DNA of 52,978 bases from Peribolospora baueri (lineage: Eukaryota): assembly GCA_029717555.1 (NCBI GenBank), contig JAMDHS010000068.1:62001-114978 (forward strand). Reading direction: 5' to 3'. This document shows, in pieces, positions 1 through 12,427 of this stretch (positions are counted from its first letter, which is position 1; every line of letters starts with the position of its first letter). The notes under the pieces were generated by a model that ran no database searches, was not told the origin of the DNA, and saw only the letters and a program-made list of their open reading frames with translations. The position numbers and the translations under genes were made by a program.

Positions 1-2224
1 GTTTGCGTTGGGAATATCTTCCAAGGTAAGTTCGACGGAATTTCGGGCGTTCTAGTGGGTCCTTACCAAGCTGACTTGTAGCTATTGCCGACTGTGAACG
101 TTGGACAGATCGACTCGATCGGGCGACCCATAAAGGACATTTGGAAGCGTTTGCAACCGTCAACACCGCACAAGCGAAGAAGCTGAGCACCCGGACGTAT
201 TGGGTCTCCCATACTTGGTTGCAAGGTGAGTTTCGGACGCCGGCGGTTTGTGAGCGTAGATGGGAAGTAGTTTTACCGATCATTACGTCTGGTGTTTGCA
301 GATTGGAAAGCAGGAAAGATGCGTAACAAGGGCGAGCAGGAAGGGAAAGACCTGCCGCCGGACGCACCGGAATATCGAGGCGACGTCGTCTGTCCGCATG
401 GCAACATGACGCCTTCCCGCCTTCTTCGAAGGGACATATCGATAGCTGTGCGTCGAGTGCTTTCCGAGGACGTTACCCGCGCTAAATTCAGGCTGATCAG
501 CAGATTCACGTCGGTTGTCGTGTTTTATAGGCCTTCAACGTCCTTGCAAACATTTTCCCCTCCTGGTCTACGTTCACGTCGGAAGATGAGGCTTGCAAGA
601 TGTGCAGTGGCGATAGGAAGGAGCACGTCGAGCTCGCACAAGAGGAGAAGGTCAGCACGTCTGGGACTGTGAGGCTTGAACCGCGATTCTCTAACTATCT
701 TCATGATATGTGGTGCATATGCGCACAGGCTGATCTTCGCAACTTGGCAATCCGAGGGGCTATGGCACCCATCGAGATGGTAGTTGGAGAAGATTATTAC
801 CTAGTCTCTTCAGGTGAGCCGCGAAAGCTGAATGAATATCTCGTTACGTCTCGGACCCAGCTCACTCGCGCCTGTTCCCAAGAATTTTTCGACGCATGGC
901 GAACCTGGGTCCAGAGGCCGATGGAGCACGATCGCCCGAACAGGCTGGATAATTCTGCGCTGGTCTGCGAGCACTCTTTGCTGTTGCTTGACGTCAACTC
1001 TGCCGAGCTCTCCGAGCGCTCGCGTGTATCTATTGTACGCGCTAGTGATTGGGCCCAGCTCGCTGCTAGGTTAGTTGAGAGCCGCTAGGACGTGAAGCGC
1101 GGAGAGACGTAAGAACTGACAATTTTTTGCCAAATGCAGGTATGATGGCTCTCCGGTGGTTCGAGTTCGGCTGCAAAACGCAGAGAGCGAAGTGTCCGGG
1201 TTCTACGTATCCAATCCGGCGGCATGCACAGAATGTCATCGAAGAGCGTGAGTTACTCTTTCATTCCGCTGCTGAGGTTGGCTCAAAATTATGGAGGTCA
1301 TGAGGTTCGACGATGCTCAGACACGATGTCATTTTGTTGCACCGACGGAACAGGAGGGCAGAGTTCGTGGAGACGGACGTGTTCTTTTGTCTCCTCGAGT
1401 CGGATGATCCGCTGCCTCTTGCCTCACCGGTCAAGGATGATGGGGTCGGAGGTACTTCTTTGGGATCGTATCCTCTGATCCCGGTGACAGGGGGAGAACC
1501 ATCTTTTGCAGGCGCGACTGAACCCATGTCAAGAAATGATGTGGATGACGACGGCGACGTGGCGCCCTCGAGAGGGGAACCAACCACGACGAATAACGGG
1601 CGGAAGCGTAAGGTTTCGGCAGGAACCCAGTACGGCAGGCGGGGCCAGAGGAAGTCGAGGCGCATTGCTCAGCAAGCCAAAGGAGAGCAGGACCACAGGA
1701 AGCCGAAAAGGAAGGAGAAGGTGGTGAGGGTAAAGAAGACCGATACGGTGAAAGACTTGAAAGTGAAGGTGAGTCATATTCCAATCGTGCGTATCTCTTT
1801 GTCCACATTCTGACCAGCTCGGGTGATGATAACACTCTGTATACATCCGACGAACTGGAAGGTCAACGAAATTTTCTCCATTCCGACCATCTACCAACGC
1901 CTCTTCCATAACGGTCGGGAACTAGAGGACAACGAAGATCAAGTTGCTTCGTTAGGGATCCTGCGCAGGGACGTGATCTGGGTAATGGAAGTGATGCCGA
2001 TCGAAGAGAGGTTATCGGGGCTCGAAGAGGGCGGCAAGAGCGGGAAGGACAAAGGAACGCAGTTGAGAGTAGGCGGGAAGCAGCGGAAGGGAGGACAGAA
2101 GAGAGGAGAGGAGCGCGGGTTCGATGGCACGGCCTTGTTGAACTATGAACTCGACGCTGCCATCGCCGCGTCGTTGACCGAGGCGGGGGCGACTGATTGT
2201 GCTGAGGAGAAGGAGCAGCAGTGA
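1..2224 (+). CDS. 3' part of a USP48-like ubiquitin-specific protease (DUSP-like repeats plus C-terminal ubiquitin-like domain), multi-exon, 5'-truncated by the window
   Basis: Spliced exons give YWVSHTWLQ/DWK...DVVCPHG, EFFDAWRTWVQRP...LDNSALVCEHSLL and a UBL segment VRVKKTDTVKDLKVK|VNEIFSIPTIYQRLFHNGRELEDNEDQVASLGI, followed by ERGFDGTAL. This arrangement is typical of USP48-family C-termini. Stop TGA at 2222-2224. The catalytic domain is outside the window. Confidence 0.75.
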
Positions 2225-2911
2225 GAGCAGGAGCGCGAGTGGGAGCAAAATCTTTCTTCAGCTACGTCTTGTCCTGCTAGGCCTGCGAAGATTTCTTTGT
2301 AGGAACCATATTCCGTGGTCGTCTTGATTGACCAGTAAGGGAACCCGTGAAATGGGTGTGGGTTTGATCTTCTGTATCAGGGGCGCCGCATCGCTGTGAT
2401 TGATGCAGCAGTATGCAGTTGGCCAAGGCTTTGCCCAAGTCCTATGCAGTGCATCATCGCTCCTTCAAATACACGACCTTTCTTCTCCTATGGTCTGAGG
2501 TCTTTCTTTGAGATCGCTCCTAATGTGTAGCGGCGGCACGTCAAGTTTATATGCGCCCATTGTTGTGCCCATTTCTAGATATCGTTCGTATTGTACCTGC
2601 AAGCGATTCCAGATGTGAAGAGATAACGATGATGAAAGGAATATTGCGGAGGAAGATGTACGTAGGGGTCATAACGCGTCGCCGCAGCTGCCGCAGCCCG
2701 ATGTCACCTCCGCCCGATCGGCTTATATCAGTCGCAGCACGACGACCGCCAAGGCCGGCAACCATCCAGCCAGAGCAACAGCAGACGACACACGACTCAC
2801 GACACGCTTGTCATTTCTTAGGGGGAGGGACGGAGACGAGCGGCTTGTGTCTGGGCTAGCCACTCCCCAGCCTTGCTTCTTCTTGTCTTGCCTCGTCGCA
2901 TCGCAGCTACG

Positions 2912-5899
2912 ATGGCCGATGACGAGACGACGTTCTCCGCCGCTGGCGGGATCGCTTCCAGGATCGCCGCTTTCGAGTCTCTCGCCCACCCTGCGACCAC
3001 AGCTAGCCCGGGTCAGTCTTCGACGTCCGTCCCCGTTTCCACTCCTTTGCATTTCTCCCGACTTCCCGCATCCCCATCAGCCCCTTATGTTCCAGCTACC
3101 CAGCCGGTCACGGCACCCGTGACCAGTCCTCGGGGCAGCTATGACGTGCGTGATCGTGGCGTCTCCCCTCCGCCCCGCCCAAAGTCGCTCCCTCGTAGTC
3201 ACCAAAACCAGCTCTTGCCGCGCTCAGAAGGCTTTTCTCCTGGCCTTCACCACCAAGTCACCGACCCTTCTTTCCCCGCCGAGCCCGCCGAGTCCTCCAA
3301 TGCGCCCTGGACCGTCACCCTTGCACCCGCTCCGACGATCTACGCGCCGCAGCCTCCGTCCGCACCAGCGTTGACGCCCGCGAGCGCCGGGCCATTCGAA
3401 ATGTCTTCCCGGAGTTCGAGCGTTTCTAGCTTGAACGAGCTGGCCGCCGCGAGGAACGGAGGGAGGAGTAGGAGCGGTAGCTTGCTGGCCGGGCAGAAGA
3501 GCCAGATCGAGCCGATGAGCCCCCGCGAACAATGCCTGTCGCCGCGCTTGCCGGTCAAGGACATCATCTCGCTCTACAACGTGCCTTCGCAGCAGCAGAA
3601 TGGTGGCAGCGCGAGCGGCAAGTCTGTGAGCGGCGGCAGTGCAAGCGCAACCGCGGACGCCGCCGTAGGGACACCGACGTCCTCGAAGAGCTGGCTGCAG
3701 GCACCATCTCTACCAGCGCAGCCAAAGGCGGTCGAACATGGTACGACGTCGGCGTCTGCACAGACGTCGACATCTTCTTTGTTGATCGACTCCGATGATT
3801 CGAACGTATCCTCAGCCCTTTTTCTTCACCCATCCCTCGAGCCCATGCCGTCGCCCACAAAGACTCGCTCCCCGGTAGCATCTCCTCCATCGACCTCCTA
3901 TCACCCTACGTCTCTGGAGGGCTTCTCACAGCGCTTCAAACGCACTACCGTACCTCCTTCCGTCCAAGTGAATCTTCAACCTACCACGTCCAGTCGCCAA
4001 CAGAACCCTAGTCCGCCGCCTGTGCCCTCAAGAGCGAGAGCTACGAGCGACGCCGCCAAGATAGGACGGGGCACGTCGGCCAGTTCGACGACTGCATCTC
4101 ATAATCAGTCCAGGAAAAGGGAAGCCGGGGGAGAGAATGGTGGAAGCGTGGACGACGACGACTTCCTTGGACGGTCTGCCTTAGGCATGGAGACGGAGGC
4201 CCCCGACAAACGCAGGCCTCCGCCTCCGCCTCGCCGGCCTTCGACATCTCCCACCCGGTTAAGGTCGAACAACGGCCGAGAGGGTGGCTGGCTGGAGGTG
4301 GATGCCAAGTCGGAGGATGATTCCGAAGCTGATTCTGTCAGCGAGGAAGGCATGACCCGTGAGGGCACGTCCGCACGCTATGGCAAGGCACCTCCACCAA
4401 AACTTCCACCTCGCAAGCCGCCTCTAGCGACCAAACCGGCATCTCAGCATCTATCTGGCCCCATCAACAAGCCTCCGCCACCACCGCTGCCTACTACACG
4501 GAAACCGGGATCGCCAGTGTTGCTGCACAAGCGAAGCGACGGAAACGTCCGCCAGGACTCAGCGGCGCCGGCGCCGGGGTCGCCTTCTAATCGCTTCTCG
4601 AGTGCCCCCTCGAATGTTGGGTACGGTCTCCGAAGCCCGGGGCCGTCAACTATCGATACTGCTCCCGCCAGCTATAGGCCATACGTAAACGGTCGTCAAA
4701 GGTCGGGCGGGCTTTCCACTGGTCAGGCGAATTTGTCTACGTCCAACCTGAGACCCGTTCCTCCCCCTCCGCAGGGAGCCGCAGCCTCCACCGTTCCGTC
4801 GACGTCCGCCTCCTCTCCAGTGGTTCCGCCCTCTCGGTCGAGCTTAAGACACCAACGGTCAATCCCAAGTGGCAACGGCGGAGGCAGCTTGAACCACCCT
4901 GGTAACTCGTTCACCAGCATCTCCCTCTCTGACGACGCCAGTGCAGAGCTGCGAAGCAGCTTGGAAAGCTCCAGCATGACCGCAGAAGCGGTGACAGCGG
5001 GAAGTCTTCCCTCCACTACCACCGCCGCTTCTGTCGGCCGCACTTCCACGTCCACAGCTTCTTCCGTCCCCTCCCCCGTCCCAGCCGGTAGAAAGCAGAC
5101 ATCGCACCATACCATGCTTGCCGTATCCACCGTATCCGCCGTCGACGCTTCCTCCAGCGGCTTCGAGAGCCTCGACGGAGGTCGGAAAGAGCTCGCCAGC
5201 GGCTTGTCCGTTCCTGACGTAGCATCAAGAAGACGGTATGAGGCGCTGTTCGAACGGAACGTTGGGGCACTGGTCATTATGAGTGGCGGGGATCGGGAAG
5301 CGTCTTCGCCTGCCCTCTCTGAAAACGATAACAACGGCGGCGATGGCGGCAGCGGAGGAGGGGCAGAGAAGACGAAAGGGTGGTGGGAACAGCGAGGACA
5401 ACCTTCCTTCGCCATCAGTCCCGCCGCCGAGGCGGCACGGCAATCTCCCCCGCGCCTGCACGGCACAGTCGTCCGGCGGTGCTGGCAGTGTAGTCGCCTG
5501 TCACGCGCGACATTGCGGGCGGTTTGGCACACCGTCGACAAGGAAGAGTGCGGCTCGCTCGATCGAGAGGCCTTCGTCAAGGGTATGTGGATAATTGATG
5601 AGGAGCTTCGGACTAAGGCTGGCGATAGGGATAGGGGCATTGGCGGCGGTCCGGAGAGCAGGAGGAAATGTTGGACGGCCGGCGGCGGTGGCGGCGGCGC
5701 TGGGAGGATGAGAGGCGCGCTGGCGCCATGGAGTCCGGGAACGCGTTCGACAGACTCTGCCACCACCAGTCCGCCTATACCGCCGAGGTCGGGCGCAACG
5801 GCGCTCGTCGCACCACCACTGATGTCATTCGGAAGCAGTAGCACCTCCGGGCGGCCTCCTGTCCCTCTCCCGCCTGGCGCGAAAGTCCTGAAGTGGTAA
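2912..5899 (+). CDS. Pro/Ser-rich protein with a C-terminal EH domain (Irs4/Tax4-like endocytic or phosphoinositide adaptor)
   Basis: Single ORF of about 995 aa from ATG 2912 with many PPxP/PPPLPxR motifs. The C-terminus RRRYEALF...VVRRCWQCSRLSRATLRAVWHTVDKEECGSLDREAFVKGMWIIDEEL matches the fungal EH-domain signature. Confidence 0.75.
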   Translation: MADDETTFSAAGGIASRIAAFESLAHPATTASPGQSSTSVPVSTPLHFSRLPASPSAPYVPATQPVTAPVTSPRGSYDVRDRGVSPPPRPKSLPRSHQNQLLPRSEGFSPGLHHQVTDPSFPAEPAESSNAPWTVTLAPAPTIYAPQPPSAPALTPASAGPFEMSSRSSSVSSLNELAAARNGGRSRSGSLLAGQKSQIEPMSPREQCLSPRLPVKDIISLYNVPSQQQNGGSASGKSVSGGSASATADAAVGTPTSSKSWLQAPSLPAQPKAVEHGTTSASAQTSTSSLLIDSDDSNVSSALFLHPSLEPMPSPTKTRSPVASPPSTSYHPTSLEGFSQRFKRTTVPPSVQVNLQPTTSSRQQNPSPPPVPSRARATSDAAKIGRGTSASSTTASHNQSRKREAGGENGGSVDDDDFLGRSALGMETEAPDKRRPPPPPRRPSTSPTRLRSNNGREGGWLEVDAKSEDDSEADSVSEEGMTREGTSARYGKAPPPKLPPRKPPLATKPASQHLSGPINKPPPPPLPTTRKPGSPVLLHKRSDGNVRQDSAAPAPGSPSNRFSSAPSNVGYGLRSPGPSTIDTAPASYRPYVNGRQRSGGLSTGQANLSTSNLRPVPPPPQGAAASTVPSTSASSPVVPPSRSSLRHQRSIPSGNGGGSLNHPGNSFTSISLSDDASAELRSSLESSSMTAEAVTAGSLPSTTTAASVGRTSTSTASSVPSPVPAGRKQTSHHTMLAVSTVSAVDASSSGFESLDGGRKELASGLSVPDVASRRRYEALFERNVGALVIMSGGDREASSPALSENDNNGGDGGSGGGAEKTKGWWEQRGQPSFAISPAAEAARQSPPRLHGTVVRRCWQCSRLSRATLRAVWHTVDKEECGSLDREAFVKGMWIIDEELRTKAGDRDRGIGGGPESRRKCWTAGGGGGGAGRMRGALAPWSPGTRSTDSATTSPPIPPRSGATALVAPPLMSFGSSSTSGRPPVPLPPGAKVLKW

Positions 5900-6326
5900 A
5901 AGCGGTCCAGGACGTCGAGCTCCCTTCCGCCATGCGCTCGGCGCTGGAGAGAAGAGCGATACGAAGCGGTTCCCATGTCGTTCGGCGTATCTTTTGTTCA
6001 TTTCGGCGTCCATCCTTCTCTTCCTAATTATCCACCTTGCACTCCCTTTGTATTCTGCACATCATTCTCGGACATTCGTTCATTTGAATACATTGCCATG
6101 GCTTCGGCTCGGCACCACTCCATCCGCCTGATGTTCTGGTCCAGGTTTCACTTTGGTTGGTTTGCCACTCTCCTCGTCTCCGTCTTCATGGACGTGCGAC
6201 CGTTCCGAGGAACAAAAGTTCCAAGCGTGTATGGATAGCTTGACGGGACGCTGTGTTTGCTGGTTTGATAAAGTGATCGGTAACTAGACAGGAGGGCTTG
6301 GGTCACGACCACCATCCACAGTCGCC

Positions 6327-7778
6327 ATGCCGGTAAGCGCCTTGTTCCACCGGTCATCTTGCTGCATTCGTGATCATCAAGGACGAAACTGTTCGTCTGC
6401 TTGCATTACCCCGCTGATACTGATCGATTTTGGGCTCCCGGGCCCCAATAACTGTCCCTGCACTTTTCCTTCCTCCAAACCAGAAATTACAGCTGCTCGT
6501 CAAGGCTCAGCTCGAGAACGTGACCGACTTCCAACCTGCGAGCGACGACTTTACTTTCTTTTTTGATGTAAGCGAGCGAAGAGCAGAAAAGAGCGAGGAA
6601 GAGGGGCCGGAGTGGTTCTTCGCTTGCCGTTGCGAGTGGAGTGGAGCGGCAGAAGCATGTAACACCTCGGTGGAGCTGCTGAGCTGGCTGACGGCGGCTC
6701 TTCTCTCCCTTTCTACCTACCGACCGCGACGGAAAATCAAGGTGAAGTGCACGAGCTGCAACGAACCTCACGACAAGACGGTCGGTGTGTCCACAAATGC
6801 GAGTAATCAAAAGCCAGCGCTTGTCCGCTGCACGCCAGCCTCGGTCTGGGTTCCGTACCAGCCGGCTTACCGGACGTCCCCACCACCCTCTATCCCTTTC
6901 GTTCGCTAACTTCCAGGAAGAGCACGAGCTGACCAAGTCGCGAGGCACGGCCAACTTTGTGTGGACTTGTAAGATGTGCAAGGTGCGCCTATGTACCACG
7001 CGTGGTGTCGGCTCTGTGTCGAAGCGAGCCAGCGCAAGCCGACTCGGCCCATGAACGCCCAGCCATGCTGACGATCGAACTTGCTATCGGCCCGTGTACT
7101 CCCGTCTATGAAAGAGGGAAAGCTCAGCAAGTGCGCTGTGTTCTCGCTTGCATTTTTCCACCAGCTTTCCATTCTACGTAAGCGCTGACCTGACCCGACT
7201 CTGTCTGGTAAACCCACCAACCCTTCTCCACAGGCTTTCCGAGACCTACTGCCAAAGCCCCCCTCGTCCGACCTTACACCGCCGATGATTCCAACCAGTT
7301 CAAGCCCCTGCTGACGATCGAATGCCGGGGGCTTGAGTTCACCGGGTTCCATTGGAAGGCAAGTGAGAGTGGAACTGCCTGTATTCCTAGCGTTCAGGTG
7401 CAGAGAGCTGGCGAGTCACAAGGGAGGAGCGACTTGGTCGAACCATGCTTAGCATCGTCCCCCTCCTTTCTTCATCGTTGCGTCCTTTCGTCCTGTCACT
7501 CCACAGGGAACTTGGAAAGCCAAAGGTGCTGAATCTGATACCACCTTTGATGAGATCGAGTTCGAATCCGAAGATTGGACAGACTACGACGAGAAGGTGC
7601 GTGCCTCGGGCCGTTTATTTTCTTCATCCACGCGCTGGCTCAAGCGACACGGCCGTCGAGGGTTTTATATTTCCGACCGACGGTGCTCACTTCCCCGCCA
7701 CGTTCGACACATTTCATCTCACAGGCCGGCGAGCCAGTGAGCATTATGGAGCTCGAGAGCAAATGGGAACGAGCATGA
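6327..7778 (+). CDS. DUF866 / CXXC-motif zinc-binding protein (CZIB/C1orf123-like), 8 exons
   Basis: Spliced: MP|KLQLLVKAQLENVTDFQPASDDFTFFFD|VKCTSCNEPHDKTVGVSTN|EEHELTKSRGTANFVWTCKMCK|RESSA|SFPRPT...PLLTIECRGLEFTGFHWK|GTWKAKGAESDTTFDEIEFESEDWTDYDEK|AGEPVSIMELESKWERA*. It has two CxxC motifs and the ECRGLEF and WxDYDEK family motifs. Confidence 0.9.
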
Positions 7779-8139
7779 CGGCCGTCCCCACAAGAGGAGC
7801 GAAAACGTCCACCTACGCTTGCCTGGACGCCAAACGAGGGAGCAAACAGACTCGCTTCGGTGGATCATGCGTATGAGGGGTTCGGAAGCTGAATGCGTTG
7901 ATTGCGATATGAATGAAGGAAGAGGTATAGGGCATCATCCGTTACCCAGAGGATGGAAGGAGCAATAGACGAACCGATCGATCCATAAGTGAACAAAAGA
8001 CCACACTGCTGACTATGATAGAAATGCCTAGCCAACCAACGGGAGCCGACCTTTCGTCGGCTTCCTTCCGACTTTCATCTCTTCTACCCATACCTCTTCC
8101 CTCGCTTCAAGAAAAGCGTCGAGTCTTCCTTCGATCGCA

Positions 8140-10440
8140 TCATCCTCCGAGAAAATCGAGTGCCTTCCGCAACTCCGCTCTGGCCGTTTCAAAGTCCTCG
8201 TAATTGAGCGCCGACACTGCCCACTTTGCATGCTTCTGGATTGCCGACACCGTCGTGGGGCTTAGAGAGGTTGGCGTGGGTCTTGCTGGACCGCTCCCCG
8301 TCGTTGCACCCGCTATCGACCCTGGCGATGGAGACACGGAAGCAGTCGTAGCTGAGGGTGGCGGTGCTGAAGGTAGACCGGGGTGGGTGGGTGGGTGCTG
8401 AGGAGTGGGGCTCGAGGAACCGGCGCTGGCAATGCCAGGTCCGGTTGTCGGCGCGTGCGGCTGCTGGGGCTGCAAACCTGCGAAATTGGCGCTGCTCCTT
8501 CGCGAGGAAGAAGGGCTATCCCCAGAGGTGGTACCGATACCAGAGCCAGGGAGGCCGAGGCCGCCTAGAACGCCATGCTGTTGAGCGTTGGAATGCTGCT
8601 GCAGTCCTGGACTTCGCGGCGGAGGGATTGGCGGCTGCGCTCCTTGCCATTGCAGTTGGTGAGGATGGAAGGGGCCAGTGTGCAAATTGGAGCCTCCCGG
8701 AGGCGGAATGGGCAGTGGCCGAGGAGGTGGGGGTGTCATCGGTTGTGGAGGACCAACGTTCGGTAGGGCCAATGACGAAGGGGGGACCGCAGGAGCTGGC
8801 AACGCTTCACTTCCGGGAAGAGCGGCGGACGGAAGGAAGGATCCTTTCGTCTCGTGTCCGACACCACTAGCTGCAATGGGCGGTGCGGATGGGGCGGTAG
8901 CGCCAAGGACAAATGGGCTCGAAGTTGAGCTGATAGGATCCTCCTTCGAGAATGGGCTTGGATCGAGCGGCGAAGGGCCAGGTTGGGGCGGGGAACTGAT
9001 GGCGCTCTGAGCCGGCAGGGGGGCAGCCGACGAAGCACCGGCCGGCATCTGAGGCGGTAAAGGCATGCTGAAATTGGGGCTTTTCGGCCCATTGCCGCTT
9101 ATACTCAGCCGCGCCTGCGCTTTGCGCGTCACACTGCTCGTCGAGGGTGTTCGGCCAGGATGACCGGGATGACCGGGAGTGTCACCGCTCGCGCTGGCGA
9201 AACTCGTCCAGGAGCCCGCACGCTCCATGCCGCTACTGACGGCGCCGTGTGGCGGCGTCGCGGGGAGATCGGCGTGTGAACGCCAGCCCATCTCATCGGA
9301 GCCGGGGCCGCTCGCAACGCTTGCGTGATCGGCCTCGCCAGTCAGCTTGGCCAATTCTTTCCTCACGTAGTCGTCCTCCTCCGTGGTTGACAAAGCTTCC
9401 ATTCCCGCTGTTGCTGCGCCCACATTCGCTCCCAAGACATCGCTAGCCGTAGTACTGGCGACGTCTGCATCGGTCTCGAGGCCACCCGCGGGTCCAGGTG
9501 TGGGTTTTCGACCTTCCCGCAACGCCTTGGCGATATCGGTCGCTTTCCACTTGGCATATTTAATCTTCGTCTCAATCTGCGTCAAATTTGGAAAATGTTC
9601 CGCTGAGTTGAATGAGTGCTCATCGTGGCACAAGAAAGAGATGATGAAGGATGCACCTCTGGGTCAATCTCGCCGAAGATTTTGAGCAGCTCGAGGAAGT
9701 TGGCCGCCGCGACAAACTTTTTCGCCGTCGTCCTAAGGTGAAAGAGCAAAGAAAATATTTAATTAGCTTAAAAACGAGTGCTCGAATCAGGGCACGATGC
9801 TATCCAAACGAAAGTAGTCCCACTTGTTGGTCTTGCCCTGCCTGTCTTCGTTGTCGGCTCCCACGAACACCTTAAGGCCAAAGTTTTCAATGTATGCCGC
9901 TCCTGCCGTATCGTTAGTCGCTGCATCGTTCGACTGCAGGCTAGCTTTCATCTGAGGCCGCAAAGGAGGGGTGCACAGGGAAAGGGCAGGCGGGTTAGAC
10001 CGCCGTTCTCATGCCGGGGATCGCCAGGAGAGCCTGCCTTCCAAGCAATACTCCCTTCGGTTCCTGGCAACTCATGTGGAAGGTCAAAGGAGAGAGGACT
10101 ATGACGCACCGCCTCCAGCTTGTCCATCAGGTCCATCAGAAACATCTTGCTCTCCTTCGCCTGAGGCTTGGCGTTAATGCCGAGCTGGGCGGCATAGAAG
10201 GAGCCTGAGAGACGCGATGGGCATGGGCAAGAACGTAAAGTCATATCGAATCTTTTAGCTAGACCGATTTGTTCCATCTTCAAGCTCATCGCCGCTCCAT
10301 CGCCACCGCCGAAATGCAAGATGGAACGAGTGAACAAGGCACTCACACCAATACGCCATGACGGGATCGCGCTCGCTGAGCTCGTGCGCCCTCTGGAGGA
10401 AGGGCCCCAGGCTCTTGAGTTCCAGTGGTGGCTGCTCCAT
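8140..10440 (-). CDS. VTA1: Vta1, ESCRT/Vps4 co-factor (N-terminal MIT domains, Pro-rich linker, C-terminal VSL domain)
   Basis: N-terminal LKSLGPFLQRAHELSERDPVMAYWC, FLMDLMDKLE, YIENFGLKVFVGADNEDR and KIKYAKWKATDIAKALREGRKPTPGP. C-terminal IQKHAKWAVSALNYEDFETARAELRKAL is the VSL motif. Confidence 0.93.
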
Positions 10441-10738
10441 GCTGGCGTGCGACCGTCTTGGACGAAGACGAGCTGGAGGCGACGAGCGACGAGACGAAGG
10501 CCAACAACGTGTCCGAGTAGAGGTCCACCTCGCCCTTCCACGAAGCCTCCAAGGCTGGACCGTGATCGGTGGCTGCGGCGAGCGGCGAGCGGCGAGCGAT
10601 CCACACGTGATGCATAACCCTACAATTTCCCTTTCCAACCTTCTTCCCGCCTCGAAAGTCGTTTCCGACGTGCACATCAGAGCTTGGCCGTTTTCTTCCC
10701 CCCCTCTTCCTTGTGCAACTCGACTGCACTTGAACGAC

Positions 10739-11739
10739 ATGGCCTCGTCCGCCCGGTGCCCGCTCTGCCGTTTCGCTCTTTCGACGGCGACCCCTTCCGC
10801 TTCCCGTTTCCTTCCCTTTCGCCGCGCCTTCAGCTCCGCTTCGTCTCTCCTTGCCCAAGGTGGCTCAAGCTCCGGCACGTCCTCCGATGACTCTTTCGGG
10901 TTCGAGCTGCTCGGCGGAAAGGGAAGCAGGCGGAAGCGCGCTTCTGACTCGGACAAGGGCGCCGCCGAGGCGTCCGTGCGTGGGAGGAGGGGCGTGGGCC
11001 ATGAAGGGTTCACGGCTTGGCTGAAGAAGGAAGGGGCTCGGTTCAAGGATCCCAAGGCGCGCTCGACGAACTGGATCGGTGATACGGTACGTAGACGAGG
11101 TTTTTTTTCCTCGTTCGGCGCCGTATCGTGTCGACATAACGTTGGTACGGCATGGTCCTGGCCTGACAGCGCGTTCCGCCTTCTCCGCACGCCGCGCCCG
11201 CGCGCTGTCCCAGCCCTTCCCCCTGAACCCGTCCTTCAACCCTCCGCCGCCGCTCTCTGACGCTCTCAAGACGAAGATGTGGGAAACCTACGTGTCGGCG
11301 CCGGACAAGTACACTCCCCGTGAGCTCTCGCGGATGCACAACGTCGCCATCGCCCGCGTCGAGGCCGTACTTCGACTCAAGGCGGTGGAGGAAGAGTGGA
11401 AGATGGAGGTGAGTGGGGATGGAGAGCTGCAAAGGTCGAGCGTCTGAACGAAGGGGGGTGGATCGCTTGACGAAAGATCGTCCGGCGGGCGGACCGCTTA
11501 AATGTCCCTCCTCACTCTGTCGGGACACGCAGGGCAAGCCGATCCAAAGGGACTTTCAAAAGAAGATGGAGTCCTACCTCGCCGTCACCTCTCCGTCTTA
11601 TATCCGGTCCTCCGAGCCAGAGGTGGTGGCGCCCACGCTTGACCGCGATCGGGCCTTTCGGGGGGTGGTGTGGGAGGACGTGGAGGAGGTGGCGGAGGGG
11701 GAGGGGGAGGAGCGGAGGGAGCAGAGCGCGGACAAGTAG
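10739..11739 (+). CDS. Mitochondrial small-subunit ribosomal protein mS45 (MRPS35/Bot1-like); 3' end uncertain
   Basis: Arg/Ser-rich presequence-like N-terminus. Exons 10739-11086, 11213-11408 and 11533-11739 give WLKKEGARFKDPKARSTNWIGDT|PFPLNPSFNPPPPLSDALKTKMWE...RELSRMHNVAIARVEAVLRLK, the Bot1p family PFPLNPxF and RVxAVLRLK motifs. Confidence 0.8.
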
Positions 11740-12059
11740 GTGTGAACGGCTGGAGGGGCGCAAAAGGCAGCGCGCCGTCCATGTACGTGTACGGGACGTG
11801 AGGCGAGGCAACGGCGGTCTTTGTTCGCTCGAGCGTGAAATTATGGAATCAGGGAATCGTCCGTGGATGGAATGTTCTTCCCGTCGGTCGGACGGACGGA
11901 CGGACGAGATGATGATGATGGTGGACCGACTCACGGCACGGCTCTACCTCACAAAAGCGCGCCGGCGGGCATGAGAGCGAGAGCGAGAGCGACGCGTACG
12001 TGCGTGCGTTCATGGCATGGGACATGGACATGAACCGCGGACGCGGCCGGCGTCTTTGG

Positions 12060-12244
12060 CCCTACCCTACCCTACCCTGCCCTGCCCTGCCCTGCCCTGC
12101 CCTGCCCTACCCGTCCCGCCATGTCCGTGTCCGTCCGCTCTCCGTCCACAGCTCAAAGTCGACGGTTTACAAGGGCGACGACGACGACGGTGCGGGTGTG
12201 TGGGACGACACGACACGATACGAACGATACGATACGATACGATG
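12060..12244. repeat. Microsatellite cluster (CCCTA/CCCTG)n, (GAC)n and (CGATA)n
   Basis: Pentamer and trimer runs are directly visible between the mS45 and TF 3' ends. Confidence 0.9.
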
Positions 12245-12427
12245 CGGTGCTGTGCGAACGCCGACGGGTATCTCGGTTTAGATTCGAGGGGGAATCGGAC
12301 AATGGACGAAAGGAAACGAAACAAAACGAAACGAAAAGAAGGCAAGACAGTGTTCGTCGGCGATGAGTCGGACAGAAGAGATAAAACAAGGGAAGTAAGA
12401 AACGAAACGAAACGAGACTCCATCTCA

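Noticed and set aside
4723..5976. Long antisense ORFs (also 20217-20954 +, 43174-43719 -, 50724-51954 -)
   Set aside because: These are shadows of real GC-rich genes on the opposite strand and have no independent motifs.
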